Assembly: GCA_964596255.1 (NCBI GenBank)
Contig: CAZQTT010000001.1
Coordinates: 20,327 to 84,326 of the forward strand
Length of the DNA: 64,000 bases
Direction: 5' to 3'
From: an uncultured archaeon
Lineage (GTDB): Archaea > Halobacteriota > Archaeoglobi > Archaeoglobales > Archaeoglobaceae
The translations under genes and the position numbers were made by a program. Positions 1 through 9,385 of this stretch are shown here, piece after piece. Under the pieces are notes generated by a model. That model was not told where the DNA came from. It was given only the letters and a program-made list of their open reading frames with translations, and did no database searches. Positions within the stretch are counted from its first letter, which is position 1. The number at the start of each line of letters is the position of its first letter.

Positions 1-2
1 GC

Positions 3-617
3 ACACCAAACCCCATACTTTTCATCAACCTGCCGGTTGGCTGTACAATGACCACGCTTAAGATGCTCTACGATATTACCGGCATTGAAATACCGCCCGG
101 AATCGCTGGTCTGATGCTCTCAGGTATCTTGAGCGATACTGTAAACTTCAAGTCAGTAACAACCACCGAGAAATGTAAGAAAATAGCCAAGGATCTGGCA
201 GATAAGGCTGGAGTGGATGACGTAGAGTCGTTCGCCATGGAAATGTTCAAGGCCAAATCAGATGTTGCCGGTAAATCCGCTGAAGAGCTGGTTTACAGGG
301 ACTACAAGGACTTCGACATGAACGGTAAGAAAGTTGGAGTAGGTCAGCTGGAGCTGGTCAGTCTGGACATGATCGAGGACAGAAAAGATGAACTCTACGA
401 CAAGATATCCAAGATCAAGAACGAAGGCGGGTATCACAGCATCTTCTTGATGTTGACAGACATCATGAAAGAAGGAACAGAACTCCTGGCAGTAACCGAC
501 GATGCCAGCGTTGTGGACAAAGCCTTTGGCAAACCACTGGAAGGAAAGTCGGTCTGGCTGGATGGAGTAATGTCCAGGAAGAAACAGGTGGTTCCACCAC
601 TGCAGAAAGCCTTTTAA
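3..617 (+). CDS. ppaC: Family II (Mn-dependent) inorganic pyrophosphatase, C-terminal part; 5' end lies outside the window
   Basis: The frame is open from nt 3 (..NLPVGCTMT..). The rest is a DHHA2-type C-terminal domain (SGILSDTVNFKS, VGVGQLE). Stop at 615-617. Confidence 0.8.
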   Translation, partial: TPNPILFINLPVGCTMTTLKMLYDITGIEIPPGIAGLMLSGILSDTVNFKSVTTTEKCKKIAKDLADKAGVDDVESFAMEMFKAKSDVAGKSAEELVYRDYKDFDMNGKKVGVGQLELVSLDMIEDRKDELYDKISKIKNEGGYHSIFLMLTDIMKEGTELLAVTDDASVVDKAFGKPLEGKSVWLDGVMSRKKQVVPPLQKAF

Positions 618-689
618 TATTCTATTTTAATTTATATTTTTATAACTATTATTTAAAATAAAAATTAGATTTGTTTTTTGCCAATGGGT

Positions 690-959
690 TCAAGAGCTGT
701 ACTTCTCGTTCTCATCGAATCCGTAGTTGATATCCTGAAGCATTTTTGAGGCTAATCCCATGAGGAGCTTGTCTTCGGCTACTATCTCCCTGATGAGCAT
801 AAGAGAAGCAGATTCTTTGAGTTCGTGGCTCCCCACTCCCTCAAGCAAATTCACCAGCTTTGAAGCCAGTCGATAAATTTCAGCTAACTTGAGTTCGTCC
901 TCTTCTTCCAGTTCTATATCTTCATCTAAAGCATCAATAATTTCCTCAAATCCAGACAT
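690..959 (-). CDS. Hypothetical small acidic protein (89 aa)
   Basis: Clean ORF in an otherwise empty gap, with an acidic helical sequence. No recognisable motif. Confidence 0.4.
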   Translation of the reverse strand: MSGFEEIIDALDEDIELEEEDELKLAEIYRLASKLVNLLEGVGSHELKESASLMLIREIVAEDKLLMGLASKMLQDINYGFDENEKYSS

Positions 960-1054
960 AATAATTCCTCTGTTCCGCGGGTTTATAAAACTTGACTTTT
1001 TCTATGTATATGTGAGTATTTAAATTTTATACCTTCAGGAAATATTTTGAGAGG

Positions 1055-1603
1055 TCAACCATTATCTACCGGGTCGTTTAATTCTTCCCTTATTGTTTGA
1101 TAGAACTTAACCAAAAAATTATGTTTTTCCTCTGCCAGTTTCCTGCCGGTTTCAGTCTTCATCTGATCTTTCAGGTGAAGTAGTTTGTTCTCGAAATGAT
1201 TTAAAGTATCTTCAATTGTTCTTCCCCTTTCTCCACTGTAGAGAAAAGTTCTGGCTACACCTACGGCACCCATAGCATCAAGTTTGTCGGCGTCACTTAA
1301 TGCCCAGACCTCAAGGGTTCGCGGTTCAATTCCGGAGGTGAAAGAATGGGATTGAATGCAGTGGACAACTTGTTCAACGAATTGATCCTCATATCCTTTG
1401 AGGACATTTTTTGCCATCTTTCCACCTTCAATCGCGTGGTTCGACTTGTTTCTGGCTATGTCATGAAGTTCAGCTGCCTTCCTTACCACTCGAACGTCTG
1501 CTCCTTCTTGCTGCGCTATCCAAACAGCAGTTCTGATAACTCTTCCAGTATGACCGTCGTCGTGGGAAGTCGGTTTTGAGGACATGATAAAACCACATAC
1601 CAC
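1055..1603 (-). CDS. HD-domain metal-dependent phosphohydrolase
   Basis: H..HD signature (HDDGH, ELHDIAR) followed by DADKLD. Size is about 180 aa. The start may be the internal M at 1585. Confidence 0.7.
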   Translation of the reverse strand: MVCGFIMSSKPTSHDDGHTGRVIRTAVWIAQQEGADVRVVRKAAELHDIARNKSNHAIEGGKMAKNVLKGYEDQFVEQVVHCIQSHSFTSGIEPRTLEVWALSDADKLDAMGAVGVARTFLYSGERGRTIEDTLNHFENKLLHLKDQMKTETGRKLAEEKHNFLVKFYQTIREELNDPVDNG

Positions 1604-1814
1604 TTCTTAACTCTTAAAACTCTACTTCTCGCTATATTAATAGATTATCCGGTTTTCACTTTGGTTTCACTTGCATTTGTTTGTTCTTGTAGTCAGGGAA
1701 CCAAATCGTTATATCTGTACTGATTTATAGCTAATTATGGGGTCTGCATAAGACTTTTATATCCATGAGAAAAATTATTTAATACGCATTCGATTGTAAT
1801 CAAGGAGTTAATAA

Positions 1815-1909
1815 CCCGCCTTAGCTCAGTGGCAGAGCGTGCGGCTGTAGTTTGTGACTTCTGCCATGCAGAAACCGCATGGTCCCCGGTTCAAATCCGG
1901 GAGGCGGGA
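1815..1909 (+). tRNA. tRNA-Tyr(GUA) with a 23-nt intron at the canonical 37/38 position
   Basis: Hand-folded cloverleaf. Acceptor stem CCCGCCT/AGGCGGG, with C1-G72, the archaeal Tyr identity pair. D stem GCTC/GAGC. Anticodon stem TGCGG/CCGCA with loop CTGTAG..A. T arm CCCGG-TTCAAAT-CCGGG. Discriminator A. Exons total 72 nt; the intron is 1851-1873. An oligo-T tract follows at 1910-1921. Confidence 0.85.
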
Positions 1910-2014
1910 TTGTTATTTTTTGTAAATCATAGAATATCTTTCTATCTTGAAGAATGAATAGGCGTCAAGCAAAATAAATAACTATAATAAAAAATAGAAA
2001 TAAATAGTGAGAAA

Positions 2015-2218
2015 CTACTGTTTAAGAGCCAGTTTAATGTCTTCAGCCTTGACTGTCTTCCTGCCTGAATGTCTTGCTATATCTACAGCCTTTCTGGCTA
2101 CTTCTTCAGTATAGTCTTCAAGTGCATCTACCATCTTTTTGCTTGCAGCTTCACTAACTCTTGCCGCTCCAGAGTTTCTCATCAACCTATCGATTGGTGC
2201 GGTTGGTATTACGGCCAT
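2015..2218 (-). CDS. Archaeal histone (HMf family)
   Basis: A 67-aa histone fold (IPTAPIDRLMR..RVSEAA..HSGRKTVKAEDIKLA). A strong SD sequence, AGGAGGTGAT (2224-2233 on the minus strand), lies 5 nt upstream of the ATG. Confidence 0.95.
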   Translation of the reverse strand: MAVIPTAPIDRLMRNSGAARVSEAASKKMVDALEDYTEEVARKAVDIARHSGRKTVKAEDIKLALKQ

Positions 2219-2542
2219 TTACAATCACCTCCTCTTATATCTAGACTAGTTATTTAAGATATATATAGTTTTTGATTAAAATTGCTCACAGCTGGTCTCA
2301 ATAGTTATGGGAACAGATAGAAACCTGATTTTGAGTTTAAGGATATTATTTTTGAAAAATAAATTTATTAGTTTTGAGTATATACAAAAATAACTGAAGA
2401 TTTACTTTAAGTGCAAATAAATTAAAGGATTCCGGCTGTTTTGACCATCGGACTGTTTCACCAACTGATCTTCAACCATTGGTCTAAAAATGCCACAGTA
2501 TCGAACAGCAAACCATAATAACTCCTTATTGAATGTAATTGT

Positions 2543-3520
2543 ATGGACATTTTGTGGGTTAATGGACAAGAAGTGGAAAGTTTACTTCTTATGGATGAAG
2601 TAGTTGAAAATGTTGAGAATGCTTTCCGTTACCATGGTCTGGGGCAAGTGGAGATGCCCTCCAAAATATACCTGTACTTCAAGGAGCATAACGGTGACCT
2701 GAGGGTTATGCCCACCTACATTCCCGATTTAGACAAAGCAGGAGTGAAAATTGTAAATGTACATCCCGATAACCGGCCGAAAGGGCTTCCTACTGTCATG
2801 GGTACTTACGTGCTGAACGACCCCTCAACAGGAGTTCCACTAGCCGTAATGAATGCCACATACCTTACCGATGTGCGGACAGGAGCTGCAGGAGGAATAG
2901 CTGCCAAATACCTCGCCAGAAAGGATTCCAAAGTTTTGGGGTTGGTCGGTACCGGACGGCAGGCTATGACTCAGCTTCTGGCCATATCTGAAGTTATTGA
3001 CCTTGAAAGAGTTCTGGTATACAGCAGGAGCTTTCAGCACTGTGAGAAGTTCAAAGAAAATATGCAGGAAAAGATCAATGCAGAAATAGAGATATGCAAA
3101 ACCTTAGAGGAAACATGCAAAGCTGATATAGTTACCACCACCACACCAGTAAGAGAGCCCATAATAGACAACCAGTGGATTGAGGAGGGCACACACATAA
3201 ACGCAATTGGTGCCGACGCTCCTCTCAAACAAGAGCTTGATGTGGAGATCCTTAAAAGGGGTAAAATTGTTGTAGATTCCTGGGAGCAGGCAAGTCACAG
3301 TGGAGAAATCAATGTTCCTGTATCAAAAGGTGAAATCTCAAGGAATGATGTGTATGGGGAACTGGGAGAATTCGTGGCCGGGAAGAAACCCGTTAAAAAG
3401 AATATAGAGGAGATTACTGTGTTCGATTCCACAGGTCTGGCGATCCAAGATGTGGTTACCGCTACATTGGTTTATAAAAAAGCAATAGGAGAGAGCATAG
3501 GGACTAAATTGGAGTTTTAA
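2543..3520 (+). CDS. Ornithine cyclodeaminase/mu-crystallin family enzyme (archaeal alanine dehydrogenase-like)
   Basis: 325 aa. Rossmann motif GLVGTGRQA. Family-typical LRVMP, GVKIVNVHPDN and INAIGAD segments. Confidence 0.8.
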   Translation: MDILWVNGQEVESLLLMDEVVENVENAFRYHGLGQVEMPSKIYLYFKEHNGDLRVMPTYIPDLDKAGVKIVNVHPDNRPKGLPTVMGTYVLNDPSTGVPLAVMNATYLTDVRTGAAGGIAAKYLARKDSKVLGLVGTGRQAMTQLLAISEVIDLERVLVYSRSFQHCEKFKENMQEKINAEIEICKTLEETCKADIVTTTTPVREPIIDNQWIEEGTHINAIGADAPLKQELDVEILKRGKIVVDSWEQASHSGEINVPVSKGEISRNDVYGELGEFVAGKKPVKKNIEEITVFDSTGLAIQDVVTATLVYKKAIGESIGTKLEF

Positions 3521-3589
3521 ACAGATAATTGGGGGAATCAGTAAAAAACTATTAAGAAAAAGGAGATTAACAAAAACCAGTGGGATTCC

Positions 3590-4585
3590 ATGAGTGCAAA
3601 AAATCCTAAAAAAGTGATACTGGACGTGGATACTGGAATAGATGACGCCCTGGCTATTCTAATGGCTGTTCGCTCTCCAGAGCTGGAAGTTACGGGGATA
3701 ACCACCGTGGGTGGGAATACTGGTATTGAAAACGTCATCAGAAACACTTTACAGGTGCTAGAGCTCGCTGGGAGTGATATTCCTGTGGCAAAAGGCTTGG
3801 GCGAGCCGATCAGCGGCCAAAAAGTTGTCACATACGTTCATAAAGATGGTGAAGTGGTGGATGGAGAGTACATCCACGGAAGTGATGGTCTGGCAGATTT
3901 GAGCGGCCAATTACCTGCCCCTTCCGTTAGACCTGTAGAAACTCACGCAGTGGACTTCATTATAGACAGTATTATGTCCAACCCCCAGGAGTTAACTCTG
4001 ATCACCACTGCTCCCCTAACAAATGTCGCCATGGCAGTTGAGAAGGAGCCTCAGATAACCCGTAGGATCAAAGAGCACATAATGATGGGAGGCGCTTTTG
4101 GCCTAACCGAATATGGCCACGGGAACGTGACTCCCGTCTCGGAGTTCAACGTGTGGCATGATCCCCTGGCAGCCAGTATAGTGCTCTCCATAATGCCAAC
4201 TATCGCCGTAGGTCTGGACGTTACCCATGAACCTTCAGTTGAGTTCAAGGAAGACACTCTGAAAAATTTTTCGCCCCAGAATGAATTTGAGGAGTTCGTC
4301 CACTCTTTAATCTCCTTTTACGTTAAAAGAGGGGAGAGAGTTGCCTATCCCCACGACCCTATTGCGGTCGCCGTAGCCATCGCACCAGAAATCTTTGAAT
4401 GGGATTATTATCCTGTAGAAGCAGAAACTGAAGGCAATTTAACCAGAGGGCAAACGATTGCGGACAGGAGACCTCAGCTACCGGTGGAAAGAAAAGGAGA
4501 AAGTAAACCAAAGATCAGGGTCTGCCACCAGATCGATGGGGAGAAGTTCATGGACCTATTTATCAAGAGACTATTAGAGGGTTGA
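3590..4585 (+). CDS. Nucleoside hydrolase (inosine/uridine-preferring family)
   Basis: N-terminal DVDTGIDDALAI (DxDxxxDD Ca-binding motif). 331 aa. TTAPLTNVA segment. Confidence 0.9.
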   Translation: MSAKNPKKVILDVDTGIDDALAILMAVRSPELEVTGITTVGGNTGIENVIRNTLQVLELAGSDIPVAKGLGEPISGQKVVTYVHKDGEVVDGEYIHGSDGLADLSGQLPAPSVRPVETHAVDFIIDSIMSNPQELTLITTAPLTNVAMAVEKEPQITRRIKEHIMMGGAFGLTEYGHGNVTPVSEFNVWHDPLAASIVLSIMPTIAVGLDVTHEPSVEFKEDTLKNFSPQNEFEEFVHSLISFYVKRGERVAYPHDPIAVAVAIAPEIFEWDYYPVEAETEGNLTRGQTIADRRPQLPVERKGESKPKIRVCHQIDGEKFMDLFIKRLLEG

Positions 4586-4612
4586 AAGGTTAGTTTCTCT
4601 AAAATATATAAT

Positions 4613-5530
4613 CTAAATTCCCAGCTCTTTTTTCAGATCTTCTACTTCCTCCCTAGTGGGTAAAGCCTCCTGAGCCCCTACTTTCGTTGTTGATAGCGCA
4701 CCTATTAGATTACCCAATCTAACTGCTCCCTGAATGTCTTCCCCTGAATCAAGAGCAGCAGACAAACCACCACAGAATGCATCTCCTGCTCCAGTGGTAT
4801 CTACTGCTTTAACTTCTATATCGGGAACAGTGATAGTATTAACAGTTCCATCCTTTGATACCAGCATAGAGCCTTCCTTCCCCAGGGTTACTACCACTGC
4901 CTGAGGCCCTTGCTCAATTACACTTTTAGCAGCCTCTTCTATTAAATCGCTCCCTGCCAGATCTTTGAGCTCTAGATCATTAAGAACAATCACATCGACC
5001 ATTTGAAGAAATTCATGAGAAAGTTTTCTGGCCGGTGCGAGGTTTAATATAGTTTTGACCCCTCTTTTAGAGGCTTTTTCCAGCCCTCCCATTATTATTT
5101 CGTCCGGCATCTCCAGTTGAGCCAGAAAAACTTTGGATTTTTCCAAAAGCTCATCTATCTGCTCTAAATCATCCAGAGTCAATGCTTCATCAGCCCCAGG
5201 TGCAACAGCTATTATATTATTCCCACTAGAGTCAACAATGATGGAAGCGGTGCCTGTGGGTTGGCTGCTAATCTTCAGATGATCGGTACCGATTTCTTCC
5301 TTCCTTAATCTCTCTTTTAGTATACCGCCGAAGTAATCGTCTCCAATACTGCCCAAGAATTCTACTTTACCTCCCAATCTGGATGCGGCTACGGCTTGGT
5401 TCATTCCCTTACCACCTGGAGACATGATAAACTCCCCGCCCCAAACAGTCTCTCCTAAACGGGGAATTCTCTCAGTCCTGGTAACCATGTCCATGTGCAG
5501 GCTGCCCAATACGGTTATCATAATTTTCAC
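4613..5530 (-). CDS. rbsK: Ribokinase (PfkB family)
   Basis: GGKGMNQAVAASRLGG and DTTGAGDAFCGG signatures. 305 aa. Convergent with the nucleoside hydrolase, which is consistent with nucleoside salvage. Confidence 0.85.
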   Translation of the reverse strand: MKIMITVLGSLHMDMVTRTERIPRLGETVWGGEFIMSPGGKGMNQAVAASRLGGKVEFLGSIGDDYFGGILKERLRKEEIGTDHLKISSQPTGTASIIVDSSGNNIIAVAPGADEALTLDDLEQIDELLEKSKVFLAQLEMPDEIIMGGLEKASKRGVKTILNLAPARKLSHEFLQMVDVIVLNDLELKDLAGSDLIEEAAKSVIEQGPQAVVVTLGKEGSMLVSKDGTVNTITVPDIEVKAVDTTGAGDAFCGGLSAALDSGEDIQGAVRLGNLIGALSTTKVGAQEALPTREEVEDLKKELGI

Positions 5531-5690
5531 CTTTTGCTCAATCCAACTGATTTGTTCCTCCCATAAACTTTCTCGTTATCACCAGTTGAAGTTGAACCAG
5601 CATAGAAGATAATATGGAAAGAATTAATAGCGTTATATAACAGCAGGGAAATCAGTTACAACTAAATATCTCCATTCCCCAGTTGTTAAT

Positions 5691-6038
5691 ATGCAAGTAG
5701 AGGGTTTCTCTTTCGGGAGGATAACCATCGATGGAAAAGAGTACACCAGTGATGTTATAGTGTCTAAAGACAGCATGATAAACTCCAGCTGGTGGAGAAA
5801 AGAGGGGCACAATGTGCATCCGGAGGATATTGGCGAAATAATCGATGCCAATCCAGAAATAGTCATTTTTGGAACGGGAGCAAATGGCTCAATGAAAGTG
5901 AGCAATGCTGTTAAAGAGCAGCTTCAGCAGAAAGGTATTGATGTCGACCAGATGTTGACCAGCAGAGCTAAAGAAAAGTTCAATGAGCTGGTAAGCGAAG
6001 GGAAAAAAGTTGTTCTCGCTGCCCACTTAACCTGTTGA
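5691..6038 (+). CDS. Mth938-domain protein
   Basis: 115 aa. FGRITIDGKEY..DVIV, IVIFGTGANG and C-terminal AAHLTC match the MTH938 fold family as I recall it. Confidence 0.7.
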   Translation: MQVEGFSFGRITIDGKEYTSDVIVSKDSMINSSWWRKEGHNVHPEDIGEIIDANPEIVIFGTGANGSMKVSNAVKEQLQQKGIDVDQMLTSRAKEKFNELVSEGKKVVLAAHLTC

Positions 6039-6063
6039 TCAGTAGAACATTATCCAATCCTTT

Positions 6064-7677
6064 CTAAATCTTTTTCGCCATGTATTCCTGGCTTTTCTCG
6101 TAACCCAGTTTCCTGTAGTAGTCCCTGACGCCCACGCCGCTGATTATGGCTATTTTATCGTATTTCTGTTTGGCTATCTCCTCAGCTCTGGCCAGCAAGT
6201 TCTTCCCTATGGATTTATGCTGGAATGCACCTTCATCTCTTGACCCTATAGGGAGGCTCTTACCATAAACGTGGAGCTCCCTTATTAGTGCTGCATCCTT
6301 AAGAGTTCCAATGAAGGGCTCATATGGAAATCTCAGACGGATAAAACCGGCAAGCGAGCCGTTGTGGGAAATCTCATAAGAGATAAAGTATTCTTCACCT
6401 CTTGAGGCATTATACTTCCTCACTACCGGCTCCACGTCTGCCTCTTCGATACCTCTGTGGCCCACTTCCCTGCACCTGATACAGTTGCAGTTATATCCGT
6501 ACTCTTTCAATTTCTGGTGGACCATCTGCCTGATATTCCCTTTATCCAGCCCCAGAGCGTTCTTTACAGGGATATCCCGCTGAATTCTCTGTACCCTAAC
6601 CCACGGAGGGAAGTGGCGTTTGGCCCTGGCTAGGAGGTCAATGACTTCATCGGTATTATACGGCCTGTACTCTCCGTTCTCCCACATCTGATGCAGCTCT
6701 GTCCCCTCAACTACAAGAGTGGGATATATTTTCAAATAATCCGGCTTAAAATCCTGGTTGGTAAACAGCTCCTTGAACATCTCTTCATCCTTTTGCATAT
6801 CGGCGTAGGGGAGACCAGGCATCACGTGGTATCCCACTTTAAAAGCCGAATCCTTAAGCAATCTGGTGGCCTCAATAGAGTCAACTACTCCGTGACCCCG
6901 GTTGATCTTCTGCAAGATGTTCTCATAAACTGTCTGGATCCCTAATTCTACTTTTGTTCCCCCGTATCCCAGCATCTCCTCAATCTGTGATCTTTTAGCG
7001 TAATCTGGCCTGGTCTCAAAAGTGATTCCCGTACACCTTACACTGGCCTTTTCGTTCTTTTCTTTGGCTTCTTCAAGAGTCAAGGCTTTTTCACCGTTCC
7101 GGAACGTGTTGAGGGCGTTGAAAATCCCCAGCATAAAATTTTGTCTGTAAGCTCTTTCTCTGGAAGGAAAAGTGCCTCCCATCACGATTATCTCTGCCTT
7201 ATCCACATCGTGGCCGATAGAAGCCAATTCCGCAAGCCTGCCCCTCACCTGATTGTAGGGGTCGTATTCATGCTGCCAGCCTCTCTGGGCAGCGGGCTCC
7301 AACCCTATATAGCTCTGAGGAGTGTTCTTCTCAACCCCGCCCGGACAGGGTAAACACTTACCATGAGGACAAGGAGCTGGAGAAGTCATTACGGAGATAA
7401 CAGCCACTCCTGAGATGGTCCTTACCGGTTTCACTCTCAAGGTTTTCCTCAATCTGTCGACCTCTTCCTCATTAGTGGAGTCGCTTACCTCCTGTAAACA
7501 GGATAGCACATCCGCATCACCCGGGATGCTGGCTAAGCTGTATTTTTTGCTAACTTTTTTCTTGATTTTGGCGATCTCTTCTTTTTTCTGGGGTTGAGAG
7601 GACAGGATAGCCTCAGCTATCTCCATACACGCCCTGGTATATTCCTGTGAGTATTCGCTTGAGGCAGAGTCCATCAT
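6064..7677 (-). CDS. elp3: Elp3-type radical SAM/GNAT tRNA U34 modification enzyme
   Basis: 537 aa. Cys cluster CPHGKCLPCPGG, a radical SAM core and a C-terminal GNAT domain (FQHKSIGKNLLARAE). Confidence 0.9.
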   Translation of the reverse strand: MMDSASSEYSQEYTRACMEIAEAILSSQPQKKEEIAKIKKKVSKKYSLASIPGDADVLSCLQEVSDSTNEEEVDRLRKTLRVKPVRTISGVAVISVMTSPAPCPHGKCLPCPGGVEKNTPQSYIGLEPAAQRGWQHEYDPYNQVRGRLAELASIGHDVDKAEIIVMGGTFPSRERAYRQNFMLGIFNALNTFRNGEKALTLEEAKEKNEKASVRCTGITFETRPDYAKRSQIEEMLGYGGTKVELGIQTVYENILQKINRGHGVVDSIEATRLLKDSAFKVGYHVMPGLPYADMQKDEEMFKELFTNQDFKPDYLKIYPTLVVEGTELHQMWENGEYRPYNTDEVIDLLARAKRHFPPWVRVQRIQRDIPVKNALGLDKGNIRQMVHQKLKEYGYNCNCIRCREVGHRGIEEADVEPVVRKYNASRGEEYFISYEISHNGSLAGFIRLRFPYEPFIGTLKDAALIRELHVYGKSLPIGSRDEGAFQHKSIGKNLLARAEEIAKQKYDKIAIISGVGVRDYYRKLGYEKSQEYMAKKI

Positions 7678-7755
7678 CCTAAGATTAATTACAGGTTAAA
7701 AATAATTTTTCCGGAGTATTTTGGGGAGTAGCAACTTGTGAATTGCGAGTTGAGT

Positions 7756-7804
7756 TTGTGGGTTGTGGGTTGTGGGTTGTGGGTTGTGGGTTGTGGGTTG
7801 TGAG
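7756..7804. repeat. Heptanucleotide microsatellite (TTGTGGG)x6 plus one degenerate unit
   Basis: Read directly. Six perfect TTGTGGG units at 7756-7797, then TTGTGAG. It lies in the divergent intergenic region between the elp3 and thiI-like genes. Confidence 0.95.
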
Positions 7805-7869
7805 GAAGACTTAATAGTTACCAAAATCGTAGGAAATAAGAAAATGTGAAAAAAAGAGAACAAGAAAAT

Positions 7870-8751
7870 ATGATACTGGTCAGATATGGTGAAATCGGAC
7901 TGAAAGGGAAACTTCGGAAAAAGTTCGAAAATTTGCTGATTTCAAATATTGAAAGAGTATTACAGATCAGAGGAATCCAGGAAGAAGTTTCCGCCGAATG
8001 GGGCAGGATCTATATTCACTCAAATAATGAAATTGTTGCCCAACTTGTTGCGGGTGTGTTTGGGGTCACTTCCACCAGCCTAACAGTTGAGACGGAGTCC
8101 AGGATGAGCAGCATAAGGTCCAAAGCACTAAAAATCGGAAGTGAACATATTGGCAAGGAAGATAGTTTTGCAGTTAAAGCCAGGAGAGCAGGTGAACATA
8201 ACTTCACTTCTATGGAAGTGCAAAAGTCTGTGGGAGCTGACCTTCAATCTCACACAGGAGCAAGAGTCGATTTGAGCTGTCCGGACGTAACAATATATAT
8301 AGAGATTAGAGAAGACAGTACCTACATTTACACCTCCATCATCCAGGGTTTTGGTGGGTTGCCTGTGGGGAGTCAAGAAAGAGTTCTGTCTGTAATCAAC
8401 GACAGTAAATCCCTTTTATCTACCTGGTACGCCTTAAGGAGAGGCTGTGACACAGATATCCTAATTTCAGAAGAAATGAGTGAGGTTGAACATGTTCTCC
8501 TCCCCTGGGCGAGCTACAGGAGTATCAGGATTTTTGAGGGCCCTAGAGACTTAAAAAGGTTGCTTTCCCACGCCTTTACTACCAGATACCCGGCAGTCTA
8601 CTGTTCTACCACCATGAACGAGATAGAGGGATTATTGCCGTTGTTTAGAGAAAGGAGTATGCCTGTCCTCACACCTCTGCTTCCTTTTGATGAGGATGAG
8701 ATCAAAAGAAAAATATCCATTATGGAAAATTATTTCAACTCAATTAATTGA
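7870..8751 (+). CDS. THUMP-domain ThiI-like protein with a degenerate PP-loop
   Basis: MILVRYGEIGLKGK is the typical ThiI N-terminus. A THUMP region follows. The position of the SGGxDS PP-loop reads VINDSKS. The track ORF starts at a GTG at 7846, but the ATG at 7870 fits the family N-terminus. Confidence 0.7.
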   Translation: MILVRYGEIGLKGKLRKKFENLLISNIERVLQIRGIQEEVSAEWGRIYIHSNNEIVAQLVAGVFGVTSTSLTVETESRMSSIRSKALKIGSEHIGKEDSFAVKARRAGEHNFTSMEVQKSVGADLQSHTGARVDLSCPDVTIYIEIREDSTYIYTSIIQGFGGLPVGSQERVLSVINDSKSLLSTWYALRRGCDTDILISEEMSEVEHVLLPWASYRSIRIFEGPRDLKRLLSHAFTTRYPAVYCSTTMNEIEGLLPLFRERSMPVLTPLLPFDEDEIKRKISIMENYFNSIN

Positions 8752-8764
8752 AGGAGCTTCCATA

Positions 8765-9262
8765 ATGAATCTTGTCGACATGGTGTCTGTTTTACCTTTC
8801 CTGGAGCTAAGGGTGGCTGTGGTTTCAGCTCTGCCCGTGTCAGAACTTAGAGGGGGGATACCGCTGGCCTTCTACTATGGTTTCGATCCCTTCAAGGCCT
8901 ATTTTGTCTCCGTTATAGGTAATCTGGTACCGGTTCCATTTCTACTTCTTTTTCTGGAACAGGTGAGGAAGCTGGCTCTAAGGTGGAATTGGACTTCGAC
9001 CATCTACCTGTTCTTCGAGAGGAGGGCCGAGAAGAGGAAGAGCGTCATTGAGAAATTCGGTTATCCCGGACTAATCTTTTTTGTAGCCATTCCTCTGCCA
9101 GTAACCGGCGCGTGGACAGGCTCGCTGGTCTCCTTTCTGTTGAGGCTGAAACCCATGAGATCTTTCTTTTTCATTGCCATAGGGGTGTTTATCGCCGGTT
9201 TAGTGGTGACCGCAGCCGTTATGGGTGTTTTTTCTATCGTATCACTTCTGAATCCTGTTTGA
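8765..9262 (+). CDS. Small membrane protein, putative small multidrug export family (COG2426-like)
   Basis: LRGGIPLA..GNLVPVPFLL motif and four predicted TM helices. The ATG at 8765 follows the stop of the upstream gene. The track extension from 8687 overlaps the upstream gene. Confidence 0.6.
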   Translation: MNLVDMVSVLPFLELRVAVVSALPVSELRGGIPLAFYYGFDPFKAYFVSVIGNLVPVPFLLLFLEQVRKLALRWNWTSTIYLFFERRAEKRKSVIEKFGYPGLIFFVAIPLPVTGAWTGSLVSFLLRLKPMRSFFFIAIGVFIAGLVVTAAVMGVFSIVSLLNPV

Positions 9263-9333
9263 AGTATAAAAAATAATTCTTATTTTTCGCATTCCTTTAA
9301 CCTTTTTTCCCCTAACAATTGAGAAATTTTAAG

Positions 9334-9355
9334 TAAGTTTGACCAGTCTAACTTA
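9334..9355. promoter_or_regulatory. Palindrome TAAGTT-N10-AACTTA upstream of the catalase gene (candidate operator)
   Basis: Perfect 6-bp arms read directly. It lies about 30-50 nt upstream of the katA ATG. Confidence 0.25.
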
Positions 9356-9385
9356 TCAGGATTTTAAGATATGGGGGTAAGCTAA

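Noticed and set aside
1861-1870. Alternative reading of the tRNA as tRNA-Met through the CAT triplet
   Set aside because: The CAT lies inside the segment that must be spliced out to form the anticodon stem TGCGG/CCGCA. The loop then presents GTA, and C1-G72 fits Tyr.
5633-5905. 90-aa minus-strand ORF
   Set aside because: It overlaps the Mth938-domain gene, which has a clear family match including the HLTC C-terminus.
7756-7804. The heptamer array, and the 17-mer array at 15610-15653, as possible CRISPR arrays
   Set aside because: The units are contiguous with no spacers, and they are far shorter than CRISPR repeats. No cas genes are present in the window.
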